Part shown: positions 19,318-32,481 of the stretch, one piece after another
Layout: each line of letters begins with the position of its first letter
Position numbering within the stretch: the first letter of the stretch is position 1
DNA from: Candidatus Latescibacterota bacterium
Lineage (GTDB): Bacteria; Latescibacterota; UBA2968; GCA-2709665
Direction of reading: 5' to 3'
Assembly: GCA_963667175.2 (NCBI GenBank)
Contig: CAXXXF010000002.1
Location: forward strand, 302,195-366,194
DNA length: 64,000 bases
Translations under genes and position numbers: made by a program
The notes under the pieces: generated by a model
Told to the model about the DNA's origin: nothing
Database searches by the model: none
What the model saw: only the letters and a program-made list of their open reading frames with translations

Positions 19318-20284
19318 GGGTCGGACTCCTTATCCCGGTTGGTGGTTCGGCGAGTGACGCGGCCCGAATCGCATCCAGTTCGCCGGCGGTCAAGACACCC
19401 GCCCGGTACAGGTTCCGGTATTCCCGTGATACACTCTGGCCGAAAATCATCGGATCGTCGGTATTGACGGTCACTTCCACGCCGTTGTCGACCAGCACCC
19501 GGATCGGATGCGCGGCCAGCGACGCCACCGCGCCCAGCATAACGTTGCTGGACGGGCAGACGTTCAGCCGGATCCGGTTCCGCGACAGCCAGCGCATCAC
19601 CTCCACCGATGCCGCCGCCGCGATCCCGTGTTGAACCTCGTTCAAACCGAGCGTTTCCGCGGTTTTCCTCACCCGTTCCGACCCTCCGAATTCGCCCGCG
19701 TGCGCCTTCAGCTTCATCCCGGCCGACTGTGCGAGCCTGTACAGAGGAATCACCGTGTCCAACGTACAGGCGCGCTCGTTCCCGTAAAGGTCGATGGACT
19801 GGAAAAGCCCCGATTCAATCCCTTCCCGGGCACGGTCCTCCAGCCGCTTGTCCCCGATATTCTCGCGTGCGATCCCGAGTTCCGGCCGCAGATCGACGGT
19901 TTTCCCGTGCCGCTTCTTCAGGTCTCCGATGGCTGACGCGAATCCCGTGAAGCCGTCTACGAAGTGGCCCGCCGTACGGATATCGAAGCTCATCTCCAGG
20001 CGTCGGATGCCGTCTTCTCTCGCGTCGTCCAGCGCAGCCTCCGAGGTGTATTCAAAAGCTGCTCGGGAACTGATATGGGGGGCCAGAACGCGACTGGCGT
20101 AGTCCTCCATCGCCTTCAGCCCGGCCAGGGGAAAAACCGGCCGTTCCAGCGTTCGGGCGAGCCAGCGCTCCACGTTTTCGAGGTACGTCCCGAAGAACGC
20201 GTGGCGGTGGAATTCGGCCTTTGGCGCGCGCCGGATCGACGCCGTGTCACCCGACTCGAGGGCCTGTGCGAAAGGTAGGGTCAT
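19310..20284 (-). CDS. Adenosine/adenine deaminase family protein
   Basis: PKAEFHRH, AHAGE, QHG, CPSSN, HPI and VNTDDP motifs. Confidence 0.85.
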   Translation of the reverse strand: MTLPFAQALESGDTASIRRAPKAEFHRHAFFGTYLENVERWLARTLERPVFPLAGLKAMEDYASRVLAPHISSRAAFEYTSEAALDDAREDGIRRLEMSFDIRTAGHFVDGFTGFASAIGDLKKRHGKTVDLRPELGIARENIGDKRLEDRAREGIESGLFQSIDLYGNERACTLDTVIPLYRLAQSAGMKLKAHAGEFGGSERVRKTAETLGLNEVQHGIAAAASVEVMRWLSRNRIRLNVCPSSNVMLGAVASLAAHPIRVLVDNGVEVTVNTDDPMIFGQSVSREYRNLYRAGVLTAGELDAIRAASLAEPPTGIRSPTHA

Positions 20285-20368
20285 TCCGCGACCATCAAAT
20301 ATGCGAGTCTACGCCAACGCGTTGAGGGAACGATACCCGACGCGCCTGCCGGCGCAAAACATAAAATT

Positions 20369-20442
20369 TGGCTGCCCCCCAGGGATTCGAACCCCGATAC
20401 TACGGTCCAGAGCCGCATGTCTTGCCATTAGACGAGGGGGCA
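20369..20442 (-). tRNA. tRNA-Gln(CTG)
   Basis: Reverse complement TGCCCCCTCGTCTAATGGCAAGACATGCGGCT-CTG-GACCGTAGTATCGGGGTTCGAATCCCTGGGGGGCAGCCA forms a cloverleaf with encoded CCA. Confidence 0.95.
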
Positions 20443-20469
20443 GCCATATCCGTTGAACGTATGGTCAGT

Positions 20470-21909
20470 CTATTGCGGAACGGCCTCCTTTTGTCCCAGT
20501 CTTGCCAGGGCTTTCTTCATCCGTCGGATGCAGGTTTCCTGCCCCAGAACAGCCATCATTTCGAACAGTCCCGGCCCGATGTTCGTGCCGCTGAGCGCGA
20601 GACGGGTGGGGTGGATCAGCTTTCCGGTGGAGATGCCCAGTTGCCCGGACAGCGTGCGCGTGGCGCCTTCGATTTCCCGCTCGCCGAAGTCGTCCAGCGC
20701 TTCCAGCCGCTGGATCAGCATTTCCAGCCGGAAGGGACTGTCGACCTTCCAGTGTTTTTTTTGCGCTTTCGTCTCGTACGTTTCCGGATCGCTGAAAAAG
20801 TACTCGTAGTTCAGGAAATCCCGTACGGTCCGGATGCGTGGCTGCATCAGTTTCACGGACGTAAGCAGGCTCTCCCGCCGGGTCTCCGCGTCTTCCGCGG
20901 TTATCCATTCCGCATCGATCCACAGGCTTGTCGCCGCCCGCAGGAGTTCGGGAACCGGTTTCATCCGCAGGTGTTCGCCGTTCAGCCAGGCGAGCTTCCG
21001 CTCGTCGAACACGGCGTTCTTGCTGAGCAGGCCTCCAACGGAAAACGCCTCAACCAGTTCCTCCCGGGTGAATACCTCCCGGTCGTCACCCGGCGACCAA
21101 CCCTGAAGCGCCAGAAAGTTGAACAACGCTTCGGGCAGGATGCCCTGCTGCCGGTATTCCGTGACGGTCGTCGCGCCGAGGCGCTTGCTCAGTTTCCTCC
21201 CGTCCGGCCCCATGAGCAACGTCGTGTGCGCGTACGCGGGCGCGGCCCATCCCAGCGCCTGAAAGAGCATCGCCTGCTTCGGCGTATTGGACAGGTGTTC
21301 GGCGCCCCGAATCACGAGCGTCACGCCCAGATCATGATCGTCGACAACCACAGCGAGATGGTAGACGGGGGACCCGTCCGCCCTCAGGACGATGAAGTCT
21401 TCAACCTCGCGGTTGTCCCATCGCTGCACGCCCCTGATGGGGTCCCGCCAGACCGTCTCGCCTTCAGGGACCTTGAAGCGCACCGTCTTCGGCCGTCCCT
21501 CGGCCTCGAAGGCAGCACACGCTTCCGGTGTCAGGTCCCGATTGTATCGGACTCGCCTGCCCTCCGACTGCGCCCGCTGCTGCAGGGCGCGGACCTCTTC
21601 CGGGGTCTCGTAGGCGTAATACGCGTGACCGGCTGCCAGGAGCCGATCCACCGCTTTCCCGTGCGCCACGGCGTTGCGCGACTGAAAAATCGGCTGGCCG
21701 TGGAAAGGGATCCCCAGCCAGTCCAATCCTTCCAGGATCGTCTTGAGTGCGGCGTCGGTTGACCGGTCGCGATCCGTGTCTTCAATACGCAGATGCAGCC
21801 GGCCGCCGTACTGCCGGGCGTAGAGATAGTTGAACAGCGCCGTCCGGGCGTTGCCCACGTGAAATCCGCCCGTGGGCGACGGCGCAAATCGCAATACCGA
21901 TTCAGACAT
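20470..21909 (-). CDS. gltX: Glutamate--tRNA ligase
   Basis: RFAPSPTGGFHVGNARTAL, LRIEDTD, VVDDHDLGVTLVIRGAEHLSNT and KLSKR motifs. Confidence 0.96.
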   Translation of the reverse strand: MSESVLRFAPSPTGGFHVGNARTALFNYLYARQYGGRLHLRIEDTDRDRSTDAALKTILEGLDWLGIPFHGQPIFQSRNAVAHGKAVDRLLAAGHAYYAYETPEEVRALQQRAQSEGRRVRYNRDLTPEACAAFEAEGRPKTVRFKVPEGETVWRDPIRGVQRWDNREVEDFIVLRADGSPVYHLAVVVDDHDLGVTLVIRGAEHLSNTPKQAMLFQALGWAAPAYAHTTLLMGPDGRKLSKRLGATTVTEYRQQGILPEALFNFLALQGWSPGDDREVFTREELVEAFSVGGLLSKNAVFDERKLAWLNGEHLRMKPVPELLRAATSLWIDAEWITAEDAETRRESLLTSVKLMQPRIRTVRDFLNYEYFFSDPETYETKAQKKHWKVDSPFRLEMLIQRLEALDDFGEREIEGATRTLSGQLGISTGKLIHPTRLALSGTNIGPGLFEMMAVLGQETCIRRMKKALARLGQKEAVPQ

Positions 21910-21988
21910 TGAGAATCTTAACGTATCGTATTGGCTGTCGGCCGACTGCTGACAGCTGGCGGGCAGGACCGGCGTGCGCTTGTTTTTT

Positions 21989-22081
<93 letters not shown>

Positions 22082-22241
22082 GGATCACAGATTCAAAGGA
22101 ACCTAAACCTACCAAAACGTCCCGCCGAAATCAAGGAAAACCTGCGATTTTCAGGCCGGAATCACCAGGCCGCCGTCATCTCCGCGCTCCGTATTCGGAC
22201 ACGTTTCGCTGACGGACGACACACGGGCCAGGCGGGGTTTC

Positions 22242-22330
22242 TGGCGGTGGGGGTGGGATTCGAACCCACGGATCCGCTAAGGATCAACGGTTTTCAAGAC
22301 CGCCACGTTCGACCACTCCGTCACCCCACC
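22242..22330 (-). tRNA. tRNA-Ser(TGA)
   Basis: GGTGGGGTG...GCGGTCT-TGA-AAACCGT, long variable arm, GGTTCGAATCC and CCA end. Confidence 0.95.
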
Positions 22331-22629
22331 GTCACAATGGATGAAGGCCGAAAATCTGCGGGGATCCTCCGACAAAATTACAGAAATCGGGCGCTTTCTG
22401 TCAAGCGCTTTGTCTCTCGAAACGGGTCGCGCGCCTTCGTCCGGACGTCGCCGTTTTCGGCGCTTCGGATCGTTCGTCCTCGCCGGCTTCAGCGATGCAA
22501 GTTTGGGGTTGCGCCGCTCTTTTGATTCCTGTATTATTAGGCGAGTTTGAGGCGTTCGGAATTGGCACGGAATCAGCGTCCGTTTTCGTCGATTTCCCCT
22601 GCCATAATGAGCACCCTCGAGGAGGCCCG

Positions 22630-24237
22630 GTGCCCCAGGTCCATGCCAGGCTCGTAACCGGCGCACAGATGGCTCGCATCGACCGCGGCGCCATCGAGCG
22701 CGGAGTTACCGGCATCGAGTTGATGGCGTCTGCGGGTCGCGGCTGCGCCCGGGTGCTGAACGACCTCGTCGGCGGTTTTCCGGGAAAGAAGATCGTTGTC
22801 CTCTGCGGGAAAGGCAACAACGGCGGGGACGGCTTCGTTATCGCGGATCTCGCCGCCTCCGCCGGCGCGTCGGTTTCCGCCTTTCTGCTGGCGGCTGAAG
22901 ACCAGGTTGCGGGCGATGCCCGCCACCACCTGGTCAGGGCGCGGAAAAACGGCCTCGAAATCGACGAAATCCTGGAATCCAACGACCTCGCGCGTGTCCG
23001 GTCTGCGCTATCCGGCGCTTCCGCGGCCGTGGACGCCCTGCTCGGAACGGGAATTCGCGGCGGCCCCCGCGGGGTCGTTGCGGGCGCGATCGAAACGCTG
23101 CGGGATGCAGCCCGTCCGGTTCTGGCCGTCGACGTCCCGTCCGGCCTGGACGCCGACACCGGCCGTGCCGACGGGCCCTGCGCGGCGGCAACCCGCACGG
23201 TGACTTTCGGGTTGCCCAGAATCGGCCAGTTCCGCTATCCGGGCCGGTCCCTCTGCGGAACCCTGTACTGCGCGGACGTCGGCCTGCCGCAGGCGGCCGT
23301 CAACGCCGACGGCGGCAACGTCCGGCTTATCGCCGCGTACGGGGGCGCGCCAATGCTGCCCCGGAGACGGCCCGACGCCCACAAAGGCGACTGCGGCCGA
23401 GTCGTCATTCTGGCCGGCTCTCTGGGTCTCACAGGCGCCGCGGCGCTTTCGGCGCAGGGGGCGCTCAGGAGCGGCGCCGGTCTGGTTCGGGTGGGCATTC
23501 CCGAGAGCCTGAACGATATTCTCGAGATCAAGCTCACGGAAGCGATGACCCATCCGCTTCCCGAGGTCCGAAAACGCCGCTGCCTCGCCCTTCGCGCCCG
23601 CGGGGACATCCGGAGACTGGTTGCCGAGGCCGACTGCGTCGCGCTCGGACCGGGTCTGGGCGCCCATCGCGAAACCGTGCAATTGGTGCGTCGGATCATC
23701 GAGGATATCCATGCGCCGCTCGTTCTGGACGCCGACGGTATCAACGCGCTCGCCGGGGCGCCGGAGATTCTCGAAAATCGGGCTGCGTCAACCGTCGTCA
23801 CGCCACACCCGGGAGAATTCTCCCGACTCACCGGTCTTGGCAACGAAGCCATTCGTTCCGATCCCATCGGTTCGGCGCAGACGCTGGCTCGATCGGCCAG
23901 CGTCACGGTAATCCTTAAAGGCGCCCCAACCGTCGTGGCTGCGCCGAACGGCCGCGCGTACGTCAATCCCAGCGGCAACGCCGGCATGGCCTCCGGCGGC
24001 TCCGGAGACGTGCTCACCGGAGTACTCGCGGCTCTGATCGCGCAGGGCGCGGATCCCGAAACCGCGGGCTGCCTGGGCGTCTACCTCCACGGTTTGGCCG
24101 GAGACCTGTGCGCGGAACGCGCTGTCGAGGCCGGGCTGATCGCGGGCGACGTCGCTTCGGCGCTCCCTGGCGCGCGCCGCGTGATCGAAACAGGCGAAGA
24201 CCGGAACCGGTACATACGATTTCACACGCCAAACTGA
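22630..24237 (+). CDS. nnr: Bifunctional NAD(P)H-hydrate epimerase/dehydratase
   Basis: GKGNNGGDG, DALLGTG, AVDVPSG, HKGDCG, VLDADG, TPHPGE and GSGDVLTG motifs; GGAGG RBS before GTG 22630. Confidence 0.93.
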   Translation: MPQVHARLVTGAQMARIDRGAIERGVTGIELMASAGRGCARVLNDLVGGFPGKKIVVLCGKGNNGGDGFVIADLAASAGASVSAFLLAAEDQVAGDARHHLVRARKNGLEIDEILESNDLARVRSALSGASAAVDALLGTGIRGGPRGVVAGAIETLRDAARPVLAVDVPSGLDADTGRADGPCAAATRTVTFGLPRIGQFRYPGRSLCGTLYCADVGLPQAAVNADGGNVRLIAAYGGAPMLPRRRPDAHKGDCGRVVILAGSLGLTGAAALSAQGALRSGAGLVRVGIPESLNDILEIKLTEAMTHPLPEVRKRRCLALRARGDIRRLVAEADCVALGPGLGAHRETVQLVRRIIEDIHAPLVLDADGINALAGAPEILENRAASTVVTPHPGEFSRLTGLGNEAIRSDPIGSAQTLARSASVTVILKGAPTVVAAPNGRAYVNPSGNAGMASGGSGDVLTGVLAALIAQGADPETAGCLGVYLHGLAGDLCAERAVEAGLIAGDVASALPGARRVIETGEDRNRYIRFHTPN

Positions 24238-24248
24238 GAATCAGACGA

Positions 24249-24776
24249 ATGCCGGACATTCGCGACAGCATCGACGAAATGATCGAAGAATCCTATCTCG
24301 CCGGACTCACGGAAGGCGAAATCAGGGCGGACATGGAGCGCTTCGTGAGCATCTGCGGCAGGGTGATCCGAGAGAACGTCCACGACAGGAAACAGACCCG
24401 CAGACTCACGGAACAACTGGCCAGAGCGAGGGCGCTCAGCCTGGTCGAAGACGCTTCGGGATCAAGGGAAGACACGGACCTTCTCATCCGCGACGCGGAA
24501 ACCCGCACGTCGCACCGGGGGCGTTACGCCGAACGGGCGGCCCGCAACAAGCGACTGATCCTGCGGGTCATCAGGGAGTGCGATCCGAAACTGGAGCAGC
24601 TCATCGAACAGGAGCGATTTTCAGGGTCGCTTCCGAAACCCTCCGCCCCGTCGCTGCCCATCGGCGAAAACCCACCACGGAACAGGGCAAAGGATCTCTT
24701 CCTGAAAACCTGCTTTGCCGTTACGCTCCTCCTGATCCTTCTGTTGGTCTACCTGGTTCTGTTGCAAAATGTCTAG
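24249..24776 (+). CDS. Hypothetical protein with a C-terminal membrane anchor
   Basis: ORF directly after nnr; C-terminal FAVTLLLILLLVYLVLL. Confidence 0.6.
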   Translation: MPDIRDSIDEMIEESYLAGLTEGEIRADMERFVSICGRVIRENVHDRKQTRRLTEQLARARALSLVEDASGSREDTDLLIRDAETRTSHRGRYAERAARNKRLILRVIRECDPKLEQLIEQERFSGSLPKPSAPSLPIGENPPRNRAKDLFLKTCFAVTLLLILLLVYLVLLQNV

Positions 24777-25053
24777 ACCTTGCGTCCTGTCCCGGAGAAC
24801 CCTCACCAGTCGGCCGCCGGCTCATCCCGTCTTGCTACGTTGCTCTCGCTCGCCGACCTTGCCCAGGTCGCCTGCGCTCCGGCGCCGGGTCCTGAGCCTG
24901 TCGAAGGATGCGAACCGGGCGACTCGACGGCCGGATTCAGGCAGCTTGTCTCCGGGACAGTACGCAGGACCACAATTCGGCTGCGAGCTGCCTGCGATCG
25001 TCCTCCCTTTTCGAGGACAGCCGCAGGTGTTTTTTTAGAGACAGGATACGGGT

Positions 25054-26502
25054 ATGCCCAGGCGTAACGACGTTCGGAAAATCATGCTCATCGGTTCCGG
25101 ACCGATCGTCATCGGCCAGGCGTGTGAGTTCGACTATTCCGGCGCCCAGGCGTGCAAAGCCCTCAAGGAAGAGGGCTATACGGTTGTTCTGTTGAACAGC
25201 AATCCGGCCACGATCATGACCGATCCGGAAATGGCGGACCGGACCTACGTGGAACCGGTCGCGCCGGAAGTGTGCGCCGCCATCATCGAACGCGAGCGCC
25301 CTGATGCGCTCCTTCCAACGCTTGGCGGGCAAACCGGCCTGAACGTGGCCATGGATCTTTACAACGGCGGAGTTCTGAAAGAATTCGACGTGGAGATGAT
25401 CGGCGCGAATGCCGAAGCCATCGAAAAGGCTGAAAACCGGGAGCGATTCCAGGTCGCGATGGCAAGGATCGGCGTCGAGTTTCCCAAGGGGAGGTTTGCG
25501 CACAGCGCGGAAGAGGCCCGGGACGTGATTGCCGAAATAGGCTATCCCGCCATCATCCGTCCTTCCTACACGCTCGGGGGCACCGGCGGCGGCACGGCCT
25601 ACAATGCGGAAGAGTACGAACACCTCGCGGTTCGCGGACTGGAACTCTCGCCCACCACCGAGATCCTGGTGGAAGAATCCATCATCGGGTGGAAAGAGTT
25701 CGAACTGGAAGTCATGCGCGATTTGAAAGACAACGTGGTGATTATCTGTTCGATCGAGAATTTCGACCCGATGGGAGTTCATACCGGCGATTCCATAACG
25801 GTGGCGCCCGCGCAGACCCTGACCGACAAGGAATACCAGGCGATGCGCGACGCGTCTATCGCCGTGATTCGGGAAATCGGAGTGGAAACGGGTGGGTCCA
25901 ACATTCAGTTCGCGCTGAATCCGCGGGACGGACGTATCGTCATCATCGAAATGAACCCCAGGGTCTCCCGGAGTTCCGCATTGGCTTCGAAAGCCACCGG
26001 ATTCCCCATCGCGAAGATCGCGGCCAAACTCGCCGTGGGATACACACTGGACGAAATCCGCAACGACATCACCCGGGAAACTCCCGCCTCGTTCGAGCCG
26101 ACCATCGACTACTGCGTGGTCAAGATCCCGCGGTGGACCTTCGAAAAATTCCCGCAGACCGAAGACCTCCTGGGCACTCAGATGAAGTCCGTGGGTGAAA
26201 CGATGGCCATCGGACGGACGTTCAAAGAGGCCTTTCAAAAGGGACTGCGTTCCCTGGAGATCGGCCGTGGGGGCTTCGGGGCCGACGGCAAGGATCTGGC
26301 CATGCCGCCCCTGGACCGCGCCGTGGTCGAGCACCGGCTGCGGGTGCCCAATTCCCAGAGAATCTTCTATCTCAAGGCCGCGCTGGAAGCGGGCTGGCGC
26401 CTGGCCGAGCTCTACGAACTGACTGGAATCGACCCGTGGTTCCTCGAGAACCTGCGTCAGATCACCGAATACGAAAAGGAGCTCGCGGGCCTCGTCGCGT
26501 GA
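25054..26502 (+). CDS. carB: Carbamoyl-phosphate synthase large chain, N-terminal (carboxyphosphate) half
   Basis: [44 protein letters not shown] and MKSVGE motifs; stop at 26502. Confidence 0.93.
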   Translation: MPRRNDVRKIMLIGSGPIVIGQACEFDYSGAQACKALKEEGYTVVLLNSNPATIMTDPEMADRTYVEPVAPEVCAAIIERERPDALLPTLGGQTGLNVAMDLYNGGVLKEFDVEMIGANAEAIEKAENRERFQVAMARIGVEFPKGRFAHSAEEARDVIAEIGYPAIIRPSYTLGGTGGGTAYNAEEYEHLAVRGLELSPTTEILVEESIIGWKEFELEVMRDLKDNVVIICSIENFDPMGVHTGDSITVAPAQTLTDKEYQAMRDASIAVIREIGVETGGSNIQFALNPRDGRIVIIEMNPRVSRSSALASKATGFPIAKIAAKLAVGYTLDEIRNDITRETPASFEPTIDYCVVKIPRWTFEKFPQTEDLLGTQMKSVGETMAIGRTFKEAFQKGLRSLEIGRGGFGADGKDLAMPPLDRAVVEHRLRVPNSQRIFYLKAALEAGWRLAELYELTGIDPWFLENLRQITEYEKELAGLVA

Positions 26503-26534
26503 TTTCACGCGTCTGAACGAGTCCGGCGGCCGCC

Positions 26535-28363
<1,829 letters not shown>

Positions 28364-28367
<4 letters not shown>

Positions 28368-30136
28368 AATCGAACCGGAGATTCCTCATCCCCTGCGTCG
28401 TTCTGCTCGCCGTGAGCCTGATTTCCGGGTGTGTCTACTACAACACGTTCTATAACGCCCAGAAAAAGTACCGGGAGGCCGAACGCAGGAGAGAGGAAGC
28501 CGAGAACGTGGCCGCCAGCGGTCACAAGAGCCGGCAGATGATGTTACAGTACCGTGAAAACTACATGTGGGCTATACAAAAGGCGTCCATCGTCCTCGAC
28601 CGGCATCCCGAAAGCAAGTGGGTTGACGACAGCCTGTTGCTCATCGGCAAGGCCTTCTACTGGCGGGGAAACTACCGGGATGCGCTCACCAAGTTCCAGG
28701 AGTTGCAGGACAATTTTCCTCAGAGCCTGCTGCTCACCGAAGGCTTCTACTGGAAGGGGCTTTCGCTCTGGGCCGCCGGAAGGCCGGAAGAAGCGCGGCC
28801 CCTGCTGGCGAACGTGGGTGAAAGCGGGGATCCGCAATTTTCGGGAAAAGCCCGGCTCGCGCTTGCAGAACTGGAAGCCGAAGCCGGCGATCACGCCGCC
28901 GCCATCGACGCATATCAGCAACTGCTCGAGGGCAGGCCTCGAGGACTCGCCGCGAAAATATGGGAGGGTATCGGGAACGCCAGGTTTCAGCTGGAACAGG
29001 ATGAAGAGGCCCTGCTGGCGTACCGCCGCGTTCTGAAATCGAAGCCGAAGAACAAAGTCAATTACGAGACCCGCCTTCAGATCGGCCGGATTCTGGAGCG
29101 CCAGGGAAGACTGGACGAAGTCCTGGCGGAGTACGACCGCATTCTGAAGATCAAGAGCCTGAGATCCTATGAGCCGAACGTGCATCTCAGACGGGCGCAC
29201 GCGTATCATCTGATGGGCCGACAGGAAACCGCGGATGAGATCTACAATGAAGTCATCAAGGACAACCCGAAGACCGAGTACAGCGCCGAAGCATATTATC
29301 GGCTGGCGATGGTGGCGCAGCGGACGCACCGGGATATGGAGAAGGCGCAGGAACTTTTCGCCAGCGCCCGAAAAGAAAATCCCGGATCCGATGCCGGCAG
29401 GGCGGCCAGAGATCGAGAAAAGGACCTTGGCAAGCTGGCCCGTTACCAGAAGGCGGCCGCCAAAGGGAAGAAGAAGGGCTTGAAAGCGCTCTTCAATGTG
29501 GCCGAAATGTATCTGTTCAACTTTTCGGAACCGGATTCCGCGCTCGCGACCTATCGCAGAGCCTACGGAATCGCCGATAGTCTGGACGCCGAACTGGCGC
29601 CAAAGGCGCTCTATGCCATCGGCCTGATCTACGCGGACAGCCTGAAAAACCAGGATGCGGCCGAAAAGACGTTCCGGCAACTGATCGACGCGTATCCCGT
29701 CAATCCCTACGGGGTGAAAGCCCGCCGGCGGCTGGCGAAGTCCCTGGAAGACGACGCCAGGGCGGAAGCCCGGTTTCTCGAGGCCGAAACGCTGATCAGC
29801 GAGGGTGCGCCACCGTCCGGTTTCCTGGAAGTCCTCAGACAACTCTCGTCGGAGCACCCGAACAGTCCCGTTGCGGCCAAAGCCCTCTATACCATCGCGT
29901 GGACGTACGCGAACCGTCTGGAAAACCCGGACACCGCCCGGGTCTATTACCAGCGGCTGGTGGACAGTTATCCTCAGACCGATTTCGCCGAAATTGCGTC
30001 GAAGAGCCTCAAGGGCGACTTTCTGGGAGCCATCGCGCGGTCCGATCCGGACGTCGAAGTCGCCGGAGGAACGACGCCTTCAGTCCGGGGAGATGAAAAA
30101 CGCAAAGGAGATGCCCGGGGCCCTCAAAAGAGATAA
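28364..30136 (+). CDS. TPR-repeat lipoprotein (BamD/SprE-like)
   Basis: Lipobox LISGC, YYNTFYNA and many TPR units ending in (F/Y/H)PxS; ATGA overlap with carB. Confidence 0.8.
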
Positions 30137-30200
30137 TCGACGGAGCGTCCGGCTCGGATCTTCGATAGGGTCCGGGTTGTCCCCGAGAAGCCTTCGTCCC

Positions 30201-30995
30201 ATGATTGTACGATTTTTCCAGGAAAACGCCGAAGTCCTCGGCAACGAGCGGATTGCTCGAAACGTCCACCTGATGCGCCTGCGCGCCCCGGAAATCGCCC
30301 GGTCCTGCCGTCCCGCCCAGTTTGTTCAGGTCCTTACCGACGCCGGCCGGACGCCCTATCTCCGGCGCCCGTTCAGCGCGTTGCGCGTGGACGCCGAAGC
30401 GGGATGGCTGGAGATCGTCTACGACGCCATCGGGGAAGGCACGCGCAGAATGGCCGCGGCCCCGGCCGGCCGGCGTCTCGACCTGCTCGGCCCGCTGGGC
30501 CAGGCCTTTGTCCCGCCCGATACCGGCCGGCTTCTGCTGGTTGCGGGAGGCGTGGGCCTGGTCCCACTTGCCTTTTCGGCCTGGTTCTACAAGGAACGTA
30601 GAGCCGAAATGGTCTTCCTGATGGGGGCAGCGAGCAAAGCGCGCATGCCCGAGATGGGCCGTGTGATTCCCGGCGATCTGTGTCGACGCCTTGCAACGGA
30701 CGACGGGAGCCTTGGGCACAGAGGCCCCGTAACGGACCTGATTCCGGCACACGTTCGCCCCGGCGAAACCCAGGTCCTTGCCTGCGGCCCGCACGCCATG
30801 ATGGCGCGGGTCGCCGAGATCGCGGCCGAGCACCGTCTGCCCTGCTTCGCGTCACTCGAAAACCATATGGCCTGCGGATTCGGCGCCTGCGTCGGCTGTG
30901 TGGTGGAATACCGGGAAGCGGATCGGGAAGATCATCGATATCGACGGGTCTGCACTGAAGGGCCGGTGGTGGACGCCCATGCCATCGTCTGGTAG
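30201..30995 (+). CDS. pyrK: Dihydroorotate dehydrogenase electron transfer subunit
   Basis: LRRPFS, GPLG, AGGVG, CGPHAMM, MACGFGACVGC and RVCTEGPV motifs. Confidence 0.92.
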   Translation: MIVRFFQENAEVLGNERIARNVHLMRLRAPEIARSCRPAQFVQVLTDAGRTPYLRRPFSALRVDAEAGWLEIVYDAIGEGTRRMAAAPAGRRLDLLGPLGQAFVPPDTGRLLLVAGGVGLVPLAFSAWFYKERRAEMVFLMGAASKARMPEMGRVIPGDLCRRLATDDGSLGHRGPVTDLIPAHVRPGETQVLACGPHAMMARVAEIAAEHRLPCFASLENHMACGFGACVGCVVEYREADREDHRYRRVCTEGPVVDAHAIVW

Positions 30996-31073
30996 ACGTC
31001 CAACGGCCTGACCGACCGGGAAGTTCCGCGTCGGCGGGCGATTCGCGGCTCGGATACACCTCCCGGAACGCCC

Positions 31074-31997
31074 ATGGACCTTTCCACGCACATCGGAGGC
31101 GGCCTGACCATCAGGAACCCCGTGATGATGGCCTCGGGGACCATCGGGCACGGCGCCGAATACGCTGACGTGTTCGACTTCGCGCAGGTTGGCGGCGTGG
31201 TCACCAAGACCATCACCTATCGTCCCCGCGCGGGCAATACCCCCCCCCGCACCGCGGAGACCCCGTCGGGTATGCTCAACTCCATCGGCCTTACGAATCC
31301 CGGAATTGACGCGTTTATTGCGGAAAAGGTCCCCGCCCTTCAGGCGCTTTCCACGGCGCGGATTGTCAGCATCGCCGGCGCCTCGAACGACGAATTCGCC
31401 GAAATGGCGCGCCGGTTCAACGACGTACCGGACGTCGACGCACTGGAACTGAACGTCTCGTCGCCGAATATGAAGGACGGCGGTCAGCTCTTCGGATGCC
31501 GGGAGAAGGCCGCGTACGGTGTCACGGCGGCAGTGAAGGAGGTATCCACGCTTCCAGTCATCGTCAAGCTCACGCCCAACGTAACCGACGTCGCCGCGGT
31601 GGCCGCGGCCGTGGAAGAAGGAGGCGCAGACGGTATCGCGCTGATCAACACCCTGCTGGGGCTGGCCGTGGATATCGACACCCGGCGCCCTGTCCTGGGA
31701 AATATCACCGGCGGCCTTTCCGGACCCGCCATCAAGCCGGTTGCGCTCGCCATGGTGTGGCGGGTCGCTAATGCGGTCTCGATCCCGGTTGTCGGCATGG
31801 GCGGCATTGCTACGGCTGGAGACGCGGTCGAGTTCCTTATCGTCGGCGCATCCGCCGTACAGGTAGGAACGACCACCTTCATCAACCCCTGGGTCGCCCT
31901 GGAGATTGTCGATGGCATCGCCGAATACTGCCGCAGCCACCGGATCGGGCGCATATCAGACCTCGTCGGTTCGTTTGAAACCGGGCCGCGGAACTGA
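31074..31997 (+). CDS. pyrD: Dihydroorotate dehydrogenase class 1B catalytic subunit
   Basis: NPVMMASGT, GMLNSIGLTNPG, ELNVSSPN, VKLTPNVTD and GGLSGPAIKP motifs. Confidence 0.94.
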   Translation: MDLSTHIGGGLTIRNPVMMASGTIGHGAEYADVFDFAQVGGVVTKTITYRPRAGNTPPRTAETPSGMLNSIGLTNPGIDAFIAEKVPALQALSTARIVSIAGASNDEFAEMARRFNDVPDVDALELNVSSPNMKDGGQLFGCREKAAYGVTAAVKEVSTLPVIVKLTPNVTDVAAVAAAVEEGGADGIALINTLLGLAVDIDTRRPVLGNITGGLSGPAIKPVALAMVWRVANAVSIPVVGMGGIATAGDAVEFLIVGASAVQVGTTTFINPWVALEIVDGIAEYCRSHRIGRISDLVGSFETGPRN

Positions 31998-32439
31998 CCG
32001 CGCTGCGATTTATTTTCTCCTGATCATTGCAATCGCCCTTACTTCAGGCTGCTTTTCCCGCCCCAGGTATCGCTCCTCGCCCCCCGGGAACGACTCCGAA
32101 AAGACAGCGGCCGATGCTCCCGTGATTTCCACCAGAGATGCCTTTCAGGTCGGACTTGCCTCGTACTATGCGCACAAGTTCCACGGCCGTCCCACCGCCA
32201 GCGGCGAGATTTACAACATGTACGGACTTTCCGCGGCGCATCGGGAACTTCCGCTCGGTACCGTCATCCACGTAACCCATCTGGGAAACGGACGGAGCAT
32301 CAAGTTGAAGGTCAACGACAGGGGACCCTTTGTCGAAGGCCGGATTCTGGACCTTTCCCTGGGCGCGGCCCGTCGGCTGGACATGGTGGAAGAGGGGGTC
32401 GCACGGGTCAAGATCCGCATCGTCAAGGCCGTCGACTGA
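31975..32439 (+). CDS. rlpA: Septal ring lytic transglycosylase RlpA family lipoprotein
   Basis: Lipobox LTSGC, GLASYY, TASGE, AAHRELPLG and VNDRGPF..GRILDLS motifs; start tentative (TTG). Confidence 0.85.
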   Translation: MKPGRGTDRAAIYFLLIIAIALTSGCFSRPRYRSSPPGNDSEKTAADAPVISTRDAFQVGLASYYAHKFHGRPTASGEIYNMYGLSAAHRELPLGTVIHVTHLGNGRSIKLKVNDRGPFVEGRILDLSLGAARRLDMVEEGVARVKIRIVKAVD

Positions 32440-32481
32440 AGAACCCGCAACACCACGAGACCGGCGCGGGGGTATCCGCGT

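Noticed and set aside
18265-21762. Plus-strand ORFs of 400 aa and 464 aa
   Set aside because: Antisense to prs, tRNA-Gln and gltX.
22562-22577. TTGGCACGGAATCAGC sigma54-like site before nnr
   Set aside because: Spacing is correct but the -12 element is poor (TCAGC) and there is no supporting upstream or IHF site; left uncalled.
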